A stretch of DNA of 63,987 nucleotides, filler included, from Atractiella rhizophila (lineage: Eukaryota), in NCBI GenBank assembly GCA_021432655.1. It is 5 parts of 4 records of this genome, joined end to end, with 100 filler letters (N's around TTAATTAATTAA, not from the genome) between each part and the next. Parts side by side here need not be neighbours in the genome. Positions count along the whole stretch, not along the records: positions 1 to 30,823 come from MU271276.1; positions 30,924 to 43,532 come from MU271277.1; 3 more parts are not named here. One strand, given 5' to 3'. Under the pieces are notes generated by a model, which had not been told where the DNA came from, made no database searches, and saw only the letters and a program-made list of their open reading frames with translations. Below are positions 29,409 through 39,946 of the stretch, in pieces. Numbering within the stretch: the first letter of the stretch is position 1; each line of letters starts with the position of its first letter. A program made the translations under genes and the position numbers.

Positions 29409-29733
29409 TTCGTTATGTGTATGTGTTCGTTGCGCTCGTAAAGAGTGTTCTTAGGTGTTCTATGGATTTAGGAGGGTGTTGGTGGGTGGTTGTGAGGGTA
29501 GTAAGTGATTGAAGGTGAGGTGGTGGTGGTTGCTTTTTGAGGCAAGTCCGAGTGTGTGCGATCACCACTTACACGCCCACTGCCGCACTGCGCCGCCTCG
29601 AATTTACACGTCTCTTGCAGCCTGCCTTACGCCGTGGACCAAGTCTCGATGACCACTGGAAGACATGACACTTGCGGAATCCGTTTAGATGCATCATTTT
29701 GTGAAGGGGTTGACTGAAACAATAAACATTATC

Positions 29734-30823
29734 TTACTTCTTGCTCCTCTTTCTTGGAGCAACGCTTCCTCTCCCTGTTCCTCTCCCAACACTTCGTTTC
29801 CTGTGATACGACCTCCCAGTCCACTTCTTTGTCGCTACTCCTTTGAGCACCTTTCGAGGAGGCGGAGGAGCTTGCTCGAGCCCTATTATATCCCAGTCCT
29901 CTTGCGCACTCGAAGGTTTGAGGACGGAATAGTCTATGCCAAAGAGAGCCTTAAGTCAGCTCTTGCAGTGGATGTTTGGATATGAAGGAATGAGGGTTAG
30001 GGCGTGGAGAAACTCACAAATCGCCCTGGCCGCAGGTGGTAGATCTGAAATATAAGGTCCAACATCCTTGTCGCTCTCCGTTCCCTGAAGCTCCACATCC
30101 ATCTCCTCCTCCTCATCCTCTTCTGTTACCTCCAAGTCCAGCATCTCCGCATCTGTTTCCACACCCTCAGCCATCCTCTCCTTTCCTTTCCCTTTATCCT
30201 TCTTTGACAAAGCAGGAGGAGGAGTCCAATTGAACGCGTGGTGCATCTCTTCTTCCACCCCATCCCGCCTATGCGAAACTGATGCGGAAGTCTTCCGCTT
30301 TCCGTTCCCTTTCTCATTTGTGCGCAATGCACCATGAGCTTGTGTTGATTGTTCGGCTCGAGATTGAGCGTCTAGTTCTTCCACAGCATGACGCTCGATC
30401 TCATCGACGTGAAACTGTTCCCGACTCCATTAACATGCGTCTCGCACAAGAAGAAGCCATAAACCGACTTCTTTATGACACAATGGACACTCCACCAACT
30501 CCTCCTCCCGTCTCCTCTCCTTCCCTTTCTCCTTGGTCTTCCCTCTCGACGTCATCATTAGTCTACTCTTCTCCATCTCCTCCTCTTCAGATGTATCGTC
30601 AAGGTTAACAACCACTCTTTCCGTCTCCTCCACCTCCTTCCTCTTCGGAGGTTCCCTACGAACTGTAAAATGTGGCTTAAATCTCACCCCTAGCTCATCC
30701 TCATCCTCATCCTCAATTTCCTCCCCCTCCCCACTCTCCTCCAAGCCAACCACTCTCAAGTCCCTCCTCCTCTCCTCAACACTCTTCATACCTTTCTTTC
30801 TCCCCACCTTCTCCCTCTCCGCC
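29734..30823 (-). CDS. 3' part of an acidic hypothetical protein with a possible UBZ-like zinc finger; 5' end lost in a gap
   Basis: Spliced VECPLCHKE|FHVDEIERH. Exon limits are approximate. Confidence 0.4.
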
Positions 30824-30923
30824 NNNNNNNNNNNNNNNNNNNNNNNNNNNNNNNNNNNNNNNNNNNNTTAATTAATTAANNNNNNNNNNNNNNNNNNNNN
30901 NNNNNNNNNNNNNNNNNNNNNNN
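30824..30923. other. Artificial contig spacer (N-run with TTAATTAATTAA)
   Basis: Six-frame-stop linker flanked by Ns, identical at four places in the window. Confidence 0.95.
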
Positions 30924-31314
30924 GGCAACTCTTTCTTTTTCGGATGGGGCGTCCCAAAAGACAAAAAGATGGTCCGTCTTCCTCCTTACCTTATTGCACA
31001 CCCTAACAAACACAATTCATTCGATCCACAGGCGTTAAGTTATTACGAGCTCGCAGCGACGCTCGGGGACCCAGACGCGCAACAACAGACCGGATACTGT
31101 TACGCGAACGGGAAGGGGACGAAGGTGGACAAGAAGAAGGCGGCGAGGTATTATCGGATGGCTGTGGCTCAAGGAGCGCAGACTTTTGGCTTGAGTTGGA
31201 TCCATAAGGTGGGTTTTTTCTTCCTCTCTCCCCTCTGATTGCTGTCCTGCTCTCTGTTCGGAGGATAGAGGCTGATTTGATGTTTTTTGCTTGCAGGAGA
31301 AGTACAATGAGTGA
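30924..31314 (+). CDS. 3' end of a Sel1-repeat protein (Dsf2/Nif1-like), partial
   Basis: GNSFFFGWGVPKDKKM|ALSYYELAATLGDPDAQQQTGYCYANGKGTKVDKKKAARYYRMA...GLSWIHK|EKYNE*. Confidence 0.8.
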
Positions 31315-31480
31315 TGGGGTGAAGTGTGGCGTCTTTCTTTTTGATTTTCCTTTCGTTCAAGCTTAGTATATACCCATCATACCCGATCCATCTTCTTCCT
31401 CAGTCAGTCTACATTTACGTCTACCATCTGCTGCATGGTTATTCACTGCTTCCACTTCTGTGCGTCTTAGATGCTTGACC

Positions 31481-32037
31481 TGGTTCAGTCATAGAGAAAG
31501 AGTGCAAAGTACCCTCGATGTCTCGATGTGATTATACATTATCAATCCACCTTTTCGAGTGAATTCGGTACTCTACAACGTGACGAATCGTTTCTCAGTT
31601 CGTGAGTTCAAGGTGATCGGTACATACCCTCGATTCTATACACATGATGGTGGCGAGGGATCATTCTCCGTTCCACAGCTGGTCGTGGACGTAAGTGAGT
31701 ACTAGGAAAAACCGTCAACGGACTGTCGATAGTCGCGAATGAAATGAAATAGGAAGACTGACAACTACTCCTTGATCTCGTTGGGCACGCGGATGACCTT
31801 CTCTCCCATCTCTCTCACCATCCTCTTCTCTTCCTCTATCCTCTCCCTCTCTCCATCCTCCTTTCCCTCAGCTTCCTCCATCTCCTTCACGTCTTCATCC
31901 ACCTCACTCCTACCTCACTCCCTCTTCTTTCCTTTCATCCTCCTTCATGACCACGACAGAGGGACTCGGATGCTCGGCGGAGAGAGAGAGGGAGTGCCGA
32001 TGCGAGCTACAATACGTGCAAATCGATCGGGATGATA
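31481..32037 (-). pseudogene. Left direct repeat: degenerate copy of the 3' end and downstream region of the 42417-43472 gene
   Basis: Aligns colinearly with 42133-42716. It encodes YHPDRFARIVARIG on the minus strand, followed by indels. Confidence 0.9.
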
Positions 32038-32805
32038 GCTATCAGGCTTGTGGATAGAGCGTGTTGACGGGACAGCATGATGAGATTGATCTCGGCTGGA
32101 GCATAGTCACATGATGGGAACCTTAAAATGAAGCAACGGGGAACCGGAAAGGACAGCTGAACGACAACTTGAAAGAACGCAACGAGCCCACACTCATCAA
32201 GTTTCAGAAACTCCAGCCCTCTCAAGTAATCGGAAATATTGGAGCTAGATAGTTGGAGGATAACAGCATCGAGCGAGTATTTTGCCTGAGCTGGAGCGGG
32301 TGAAAGGCGAGATTCAGTATTGTCTCTTTAAGAGGCGAGTATTTACTTGTTTTGTGCAAGAAAAGCAGGAATAGGAGCGATAAGGCCGATCAAGCTTGAT
32401 CGCTTTCGTGAAACTGCTTATCAAAATCGAGGAGGGGCTCTTGCAGTTTGATGCCTTTGAGTGTTACTGCTAGAGGTGGACGTACGTTGAAGTGTTCCAA
32501 AACGCCCTTGTTCCACTGCCCCGTCCCTGAGCTTCCATAGCTTCCATAGCTTCCATAGTTTGCATATGGCTCCAGGGGGACCTGCGGTTTGCAATGTCAA
32601 TGAACTGGCCTGCAGCTTGGCGATCATATCCAAAGTATAAGGTCCCATTGCTGATTCATTTGTTATATGGAACCCGCAGAGAGACAAAGCTGATAACGAG
32701 AAATTAGATTGCAACCATCCCAGGCGCTTTCTTCTTTCTTCAAGTTGATAGCACCATAAAACCATACGGCCCTGTTATTCAACCTTGTTCCGCAATCCAA
32801 AATCT

Positions 32806-33590
32806 TTGTTTCGCTGACATGACTACAAATCCCGTCAATGTATTCAAAGTTCTTGAAAACGTGAAGAGAGCGAATCCGCTGGGACTACGAATCCTCTGCA
32901 TAGACAATGGAGGCGTCGGCACTTTTTCAGCTCCCTACATGCTCGAACCCATCATGCGTCAAGCCGCACAACTTCTCAACGTTCCAGAGGACGAAGAGCT
33001 TCGACCTTGCGACGTCTTTGATCTCATTTGTGGAACTTCTACCGGCGGATGGATCGCACTTCTGCTGGGGAGGCTGGGAATGACCGTTCGTCAGTGCATT
33101 GCGGCATATGAAGAGATTGTGAGCAACGTCTTTCGAGACGAGGATTCAGACGCTAGCGGCGCGTTCATGTTCTCGGCGGAGAAGCTCGAAGAGACTCATT
33201 GTTTCGCTGACATGACTACAAATCCCGTCAATGTATTCAAAGTTCTTGAAAACGTGAAGAGAGCGAATCCGCTGGGACTACGAATCCTCTGCATAGACAA
33301 TGGAGGCGTCGGCACTTTTTCAGCTCCCTACATGCTCGAACCCATCATGCGTCAAGCCGCACAACTTCTCAACGTTCCAGAGGACGAAGAGCTTCGACCT
33401 TGCGACGTCTTTGATCTCATTTGTGGAACTTCTACCGGCGGATGGATCGCACTTCTGCTGGGGAGGCTGGGAATGACCGTTCGTCAGTGCATTGCGGCAT
33501 ATGAAGAGATTGTGAGCAACGTCTTTCGAGACGAGGATTCAGACGCTAGCGGCGCGTTCATGTTCTCGGCGGAGAAGCTCGAAGAGACTC
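32806..33590 (+). repeat. Apparently identical in-frame tandem duplication (393-bp period) of the NLR 5' end
   Basis: 32806-33197 matches 33199-33590, with ATGs at 32819 and 33212. Confidence 0.93.
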
Positions 33591-36500
33591 TGATTGCCAT
33601 TATCCAGCGACACACGCAATCTGCCGAAGATTCGGCCAAGTCGCTTCCAATGAAGGACCCTTCTCTAGAGCACAGATGCAGAACCCTCGTTCTATCCGCC
33701 TATCAGGCTACTGTTGTCGTTTCTACGGAGATGCGCACTTACGATATTGGTGGATCTGGCCCTCGCATCGCTTGTCCATATTCCGTGTGGGAAGCCGCAA
33801 GAGCCACCTCGGCTCATCCTCCCTTCTTTGCTCCTATGAGCAAGGACTCTACAGGCTACGTCCAGCTAGGTGACAACAACCCTGCAGCAGTAGCTTTGGA
33901 CGAGGCCATGCGTATTTGGGGTCGCAGCAATGAGATTGCTTGTCTTTTGTCTCTTGGTCCAGGCGTTACACGCGCCGTCAAGCCGGGCCACACTCGGGAT
34001 GATGTTGAACATGCGTTGAAGGCGATACTCGCAGATTGCTCAAAGGTTTCGACGGCCGTGAAGGAGAAGATGCAATTTGGTGGGATGGGCCATTGCTATC
34101 ATCGATTCTCGGTTGATACATTCGGAGGCTGCAAATGGGAGGACTGGGAGCGAAAGGAGGATGTTGTAGGCTGCACAAAGGCTTACATGGAAGCAATGAA
34201 TTATGAAGTGGTCGCCGTGGCTAAATCGCTCGTCCAAGGTATTCTCCATGACTGCATGTTGCTTCACGCTGACGTCCCCTTGTTCAGAATTTAAGGAACG
34301 CATTGCAGTACGCAGGAAGCTCCCGTTACCTCCTCCAGGGGCTTGTTACGGAAGAGGTGACGAAGTTACGGACGCGCTCAACTGCATCCTCACTGACCGC
34401 AAGCATCTTGCAATCATCGGTGGGGCTGGGAATGGGAAGTCTACTGTGGCTCTACAAGTTCTGCATGCCAAGGAAGTCAAAGATGCTTTCACAAGCACAG
34501 CGGAAGGTACCAGGCAAGATCTTCGGTTCTGGGCAAGTTGCGACGCTTTGACTACATTTTCATCCCTCTCCACGAGCCTTTGCAGACAGGTCTTCGGGAT
34601 AGCTCCTCTACCTACCGAAAGCGAACTTGCTGCTGTCGCAAGATATTTCAGCAGTCACAGATGTCTCCTTGTCTTAGACAATTTTGAGACCCCTGCGGAA
34701 TGCGACAAGGAAAACCTGCAGCCATTCTTTCAAGCTCTTCTTTCTGGCAACAATGAGTTGGGTTCCATCCTCATTGTGGCACACCGAGGTTATCAGGCCT
34801 ATCGGGTGAACGTCACAGGAGGGAAGTTTCAAAGTGTGGTGATCAGCGGCCTCAGCGACCACGGTGCACTGGAATTCTTCACGGAGGCGTACACGGGAGA
34901 AGAGGATTGTACAGAAGAGCTACTCAAGACTGTTTTCACCGCACTGGATCATCACACCTTGTCCATCAAGCTATTTGTTCTTCGTGCCAACGCAGAATCT
35001 CCCAGGAGAGTGTCGGCCCTGTTGAAGGAGTGGGAAGCGGTGAAGATAGGTGTGTTGTGGGACAAAGATAGTGACGAAACCCCAACTCTTAAGAAGTCAA
35101 TATATTTTTCACTTAGTTCACATCGTCTTAAAATGCATGAGGATATGAGCATGTTTATTCTTGCTCTCTTATCCTGGACCCCTCAAGGCCTTCTGGACAG
35201 TGACATTCGGGCTATTGTGAACAAGGCCTCTCTTCCTTCTCTGGAGCAACCTTATGTGATCATTAATGCGATTTTGTGCGTCGGACTCGCTGAGAATGCA
35301 TACGATACCCTGGCAGACTCAACACGATTTCGCATGCTGGCACCTATTCGTGAACACATTAATCACTTGGTCCTGCACTCTCTTCCTCCTTTCAACAATG
35401 CTGTTGCTTCATCCCTCCAGCCCGTAACGGACGTTCTTATCGATGTAGCTCGGGAAAATGTTCGGCGGTATAAATATGAAGGTGAACGGATAGGGTTGCT
35501 GACATTCCGCAGGGATTATCCAAACATTGAATATGTTCTTCTGGCTGCTTTGGAACATCTCCAAGACAAGACAGTTACAGTCCATTTTCTAGTGGAAATG
35601 TGGCAATTTCTCTACCAGCAGAGCCTCCTCTCAATCAAATTACTCCAGCAGGCTCTGTCCATCGCGAAATCTATAAGTTCTCCACTGGAATTTACAGCTA
35701 TTTTGACCAAGGCTCTGGGGCTTGCATTCAGACATCAGGGGACTCTAAAACAGGCCATGAAACGATTTGAGGAGGCGAAGGAGCTGTATCTGAAGGTGGA
35801 AGACAAGCAGGGGCAAGCCCACTGCATTCGGAGCATGGGGGAGATTGAGCAGCGTCACGGGCGGATGGAGGAAGCGCTGAAACAATTTGAGGAGGCAAAG
35901 GAGCTGTATCTGAAGGTGGATGATCAGCAGGGGCAAGCCCACTGCATTCGGAGCATGGGGGAGATTGAGCAGCGTCATGGGCGGATGGAGGAAGCACTGA
36001 AACGATTTGAGGAGGCAAAGGAGCTGTATCTGAAGGTGGAAGACAAGCAGGGGCAAGCCCACTGCATTCAGAGCATGGGGAAGATCGAGCAGCGTCACGG
36101 GCGGATGGAGGAAGCACTGAAACGATTTGAGGAGGCGAAGGAGCTGTATCTGAAGGTGGATGATCAGCTGGGGCGAGCCCACTGCATTCACAGCATGGGG
36201 GAGATTGAGCAGCATCACAGGCGGATGGAGGAAGCACTGAAACGATTTGAGGAGGCGAAGAAGCTGTATCTGAAGGTGGACGATCAGCTGGGGCAAGCCC
36301 ACTGCATTCACAGCATGGGGGAGATTGAGCAGTATCATGCACGGATGGAGGAAGCGCTGAAACGATTTGAGGAGGCAAAGGAGCTGTATCTGAAGGTGGA
36401 AGACAAGCAGGGGCAAGCCCACTGCATTCGGAGCATGGGGGAGATTGAGCAGCGTCACGGGCGGATGGAGGAAGCGCTGAAACAATTTGAGGAGGCAAAG

Positions 36501-38198
36501 GAGCTGTATCTGAAGGTGGATGATCAGCAGGGGCAAGCCCACTGCATTCGGAGCATGGGGGAGATTGAGCAGCGTCATGGGCGGATGGAGGAAGCACTGA
36601 AACGATTTGAGGAGGCAAAGGAGCTGTATCTGAAGGTGGAAGACAAGCAGGGGCAAGCCCACTGCATTCAGAGCATGGGGAAGATCGAGCAGCGTCACGG
36701 GCGGATGGAGGAAGCACTGAAACGATTTGAGGAGGCGAAGGAGCTGTATCTGAAGGTGGATGATCAGCTGGGGCAAGCCCACTGCATTCACAGCATGGGG
36801 GAGATTGAGCAGCATCACGGGCGGATGGAGGAAGCACTGAAACAATTTGAGGAGGCAAAGGAGCTGTATCTGAAGGTGGAAGACAAGCAGGGGCAAGCCC
36901 ACTGCATTCGGAGCAGGGGGAAGATCGAGCAGCGTCACGGGCGGACGGAGGAAGCGCTGAAACGATTTGAGGAGGCAAAGGAGCTGTATCTGAAGGTGGA
37001 AGACAAGCAGGGGCAAGCCCACTGCATTCACAGCATGGGGAAGATTGAGCAGCGTCACGGGCGGATGGAGGAAGCGCTGAAACGATTTGAGGAGGCGAAG
37101 GAGCTGTATCTGAAGGTGGATGATCAGCAGGGGCAAGCCCACTGCATTCACAGCATGGGGGAGATTGAGCAGTATCACAGGCGGATGGAGGAAGCACTGA
37201 AACGATTTGAGGAGGCGAAGAAGCTGTATCTGAAGGTGGACGATCAGCTGGGGCAAGCCCACTGCATTCACAGCATGGGGGAGATTGAGCAGCGTCATGG
37301 GCGGATGGAGGAAGCACTGAAACGATTTGAGGAGGCAAAGGAGCTGTATCTGAAGGTGGAAGACAAGCAGGGGCAAGCCCACTGCATTCGGAGCATGGGG
37401 AAGATCGAGCAGCGTCACGGGCGGATGGAGGAAGCACTGAAACGATTTGAGGAGGCGAAGGAGCTGTACCTGAAGGTGGATGATCAGCAGGGGCAAGCCC
37501 ACTGTATTCGGAGCATGGGGGAGATCGAGCAGCATCACGGGCGGATGGAGGAAGCACTGAAACGATTTGAGGAGGCAAAGGAGCTGTATCTGAAGGTGGA
37601 AGACAAGCAGGGGCAAGCCCACTGCATTCGGAGCATGGGGAAGATCGAGCAGCGTCACGGGCGGATGGAGGAAGCGCTGAAACGATTTGAGGAGGCAAAG
37701 GAGCTGTATCTGAAGGTGGATGATCAGCAGGGGCAAGCCCACTGCATTCGGAGCATGGGGGAGATTGAGCAGCGTCACTGGCGGATGGAGGAAGCGCTGA
37801 AACGATTTGAGGAGGCGAAGAAGCTGTATCTGAAGGTGGAAGATGTCGGAGGTCAACTCAACTGTCTTATCGGCATGAGTTCCATTTACGCTCAAGACCG
37901 GCAGGGCATGTCGGAGGCGATCAAGCTTTGCGAGCAAGCAGTCAATTTGAGTAAGACAGTCGGTGGCTACTACGAAGCTGTCAGCAGAGAAGCCCTGGCC
38001 AAATGCCTCTTCCAATCATCCCAGTTCTACCATGCGTCAGAGGAAACCACTCTCGCCCGTCAGATTTATGCAGATTGTTCTGCCAGCTCCGAAGTTGATG
38101 ATTGTGACACTCTACTGCAGGTGATTCAGCTCATTGAGAGTTTGCAAACGTCGTCAAAATCGTTTTGTACTTTCCCTTCTCTCCTCTTTGTAAGCTGA
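32819..38198 (+). CDS. Fungal NLR: patatin-like domain, NB-ARC and TPR array (PLP-1-type architecture)
   Basis: Patatin motifs ILCIDNGGVG, FDLICGTSTGG, ARATSA.P.FF and NNP. A 49-nt GT..CTGAC..CAG intron at 34239-34287 joins it in frame to NB-ARC (CYGR, GGAGNGKST Walker A, LLVLDNFE Walker B), followed by 40-aa TPR repeats. The 3' end may be spliced. Confidence 0.93.
35761..37843 (+). repeat. Coding tandem array of 17 complete 120-bp units plus a partial unit (40-aa TPR)
   Basis: Exact 120-bp period. Consensus KRFEEAKELYLKV(E/D)D(K/Q)QGQAHCIRSMGEIEQRHGRMEEAL. Confidence 0.98.
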
Positions 38199-38303
38199 CC
38201 TCCCAGTGCAGGATGTAATACTTGCCTAAGCAACACTTTTATCCATCATAAAATCGATGCTTTGATTACAATCTGAAATGTAAACACGATCCTCCTGATC
38301 TAG

Positions 38304-39946
38304 AAAGCTATATGCTTTTTACACGAGGTTGGGTCGTGTGTTCATGAGACAAGATCCCTAGGATTAGCGTTCAAGCTACAGAGGGATCTCCAACAGGCAC
38401 TAAAGCACCTTGAGGATGCTAAGGAGCTCTATCACCAGGTGGAAGATCAGCGGGGTGAAGCCCATTCCATTCGTGGCATAGAGGAGATCGAGCAATATCA
38501 GAGGAGAAAGAAGGAAGCACTCATGCAGTTCGAGAAAGCGAAGCAGCTGTATGTGAAGATAGGAGATAGGCTAGGGGAGGCACGCTGCGGAAGCAGCGTG
38601 GCAGAGATCAGCAACCATTGTACACAGAAGGAGGAAGCTTCGAAATAGTTTGAGGTAGCAAAACAGATGTATCTGAATGTGAAAGATCGACTAGGCCTGG
38701 CCCACTGGGCCTTCAGCATTGGGGAGATTGAATGGTTTCGTGGGCAGATTAGTGAAGCGCTGGAACATTTTAAGGAGGCAAAAGAGCTCTATCTGAAGGT
38801 AGGGAACCGATATGGGCAAGCTGCTTGCAATCACAAATTGGGGGAGATTAAGTGGCTGCATGGGCGGAATGAGGAAGCGCTGAAACTTTGGGAGGAGGCA
38901 AGGCAGCTGTATGAGGAAGCGAAGGATCAGGATGGCCAAGCACACTGCATTCGCAGCATAGGGAATGTAGAGTTCCAGCGTGGGGGGAATGAGGAAGCAC
39001 TGAAACATTTCAAAGCAGCAAACTCTCTCTATATGTGGCTGGAAGATTGGCAAGGCCAAGCCCACTGTACTTATGGCATCGTGGAGATCGAGGCATTGCG
39101 TGGGCAGAGTGAGGAAGCACTGAAACACCTTGGACAGGCCAAGGCGTTTATTTATTGGCAGATGATCAACTTGGTGTTGCTCAATCAATTCATCTCGTGG
39201 GGATTGTGAAGCTGCTTTGTAGGCAGAATGAGAAAGAGCAGAAATGGTTTGAGGAGGCAAAGGATCACTATGTGAAATTGGAAGATCAACAGGGCCAAGC
39301 CCACTGTATTCGTGACATAGGGAGGACCAAGCTGCTTCATGGGCAGAATGAGGAAGCTCTGTTACAGTTTGAGGAGGCAAAGCGACTGTATCAGTGTGAG
39401 GAAGATAAGCAAGGTCTAGCCAGCTGCCTTCGGTTCATAGGGGAGATTGAGCTGATTTACCGGCGTAACGAGGATGCGCTACAACATTTCAAGGAAGCAA
39501 AGGGGTTCTATCTTCAGACAGAAGATCCGCATGGTCAAGCCACTTGCATTCAAGGTATAGGGAAGATCAAGCAGCTTTATGCACAGACTGAGGAAGCACT
39601 GAAAAACTTTCAGGAGGCGAAGGAGCTTTTTGTAGTGGCTGAAGATCTGGGAGGTCAACTCAGCTGCCTTATAAACATAGGTCAGGTTTATACTCAAGAC
39701 TGCCAGATTTCCAAGGCGATTGAGGTTTATGAGGTAGCCGTGATTTTGAGTAGTGCAATTGGTGGCCACAATGAAGCTCGTCGCAGGAAGTCTCTTGCCC
39801 TAGCTCTCTTCCTATCATCTCAGTACTCCCGCGCTAGAGAGGAGTTTATTCTTGCCCGTCAATGCTTCGCTGATTGTTTGATATATTCCGAAGTACATGA
39901 TTGTGATGATTGGCTTCACAGGATTGATCAGGTGGGCTTCCAATAG
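38304..39946 (+). pseudogene. Headless paralogous TPR cassette (about 10 diverged 40-aa repeats with N- and C-caps), one stop and one frameshift
   Basis: TRSLGLAFKLQRDLQQALKHLEDAKELY matches TKALGLAFRHQGTLKQAMKRFEEAKELY of the NLR, and the C-cap GGQLSCLI...SEVHDCDDWL matches GGQLNCLI...SEVDDCDTLL. TAG at 38646-38648; frame change near 39150. Confidence 0.88.

Noticed and set aside
30868..30879. Recurrent TTAATTAATTAA palindrome (also near 43577, 60394 and 62221)
   Set aside because: It is a synthetic contig linker embedded in Ns, not biological.
32530..32558. (agcttccat)x3 upstream of the NLR
   Set aside because: Simple short tandem repeat with no supportable function.
35761..37843. CRISPR-like regular array
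   Set aside because: There are no unique spacers; it is a continuous protein-coding tandem repeat in a eukaryote.
35728..38015. Long minus-strand ORFs of 656 and 756 aa
   Set aside because: They are antisense shadows of the stop-free 120-bp TPR repeat.
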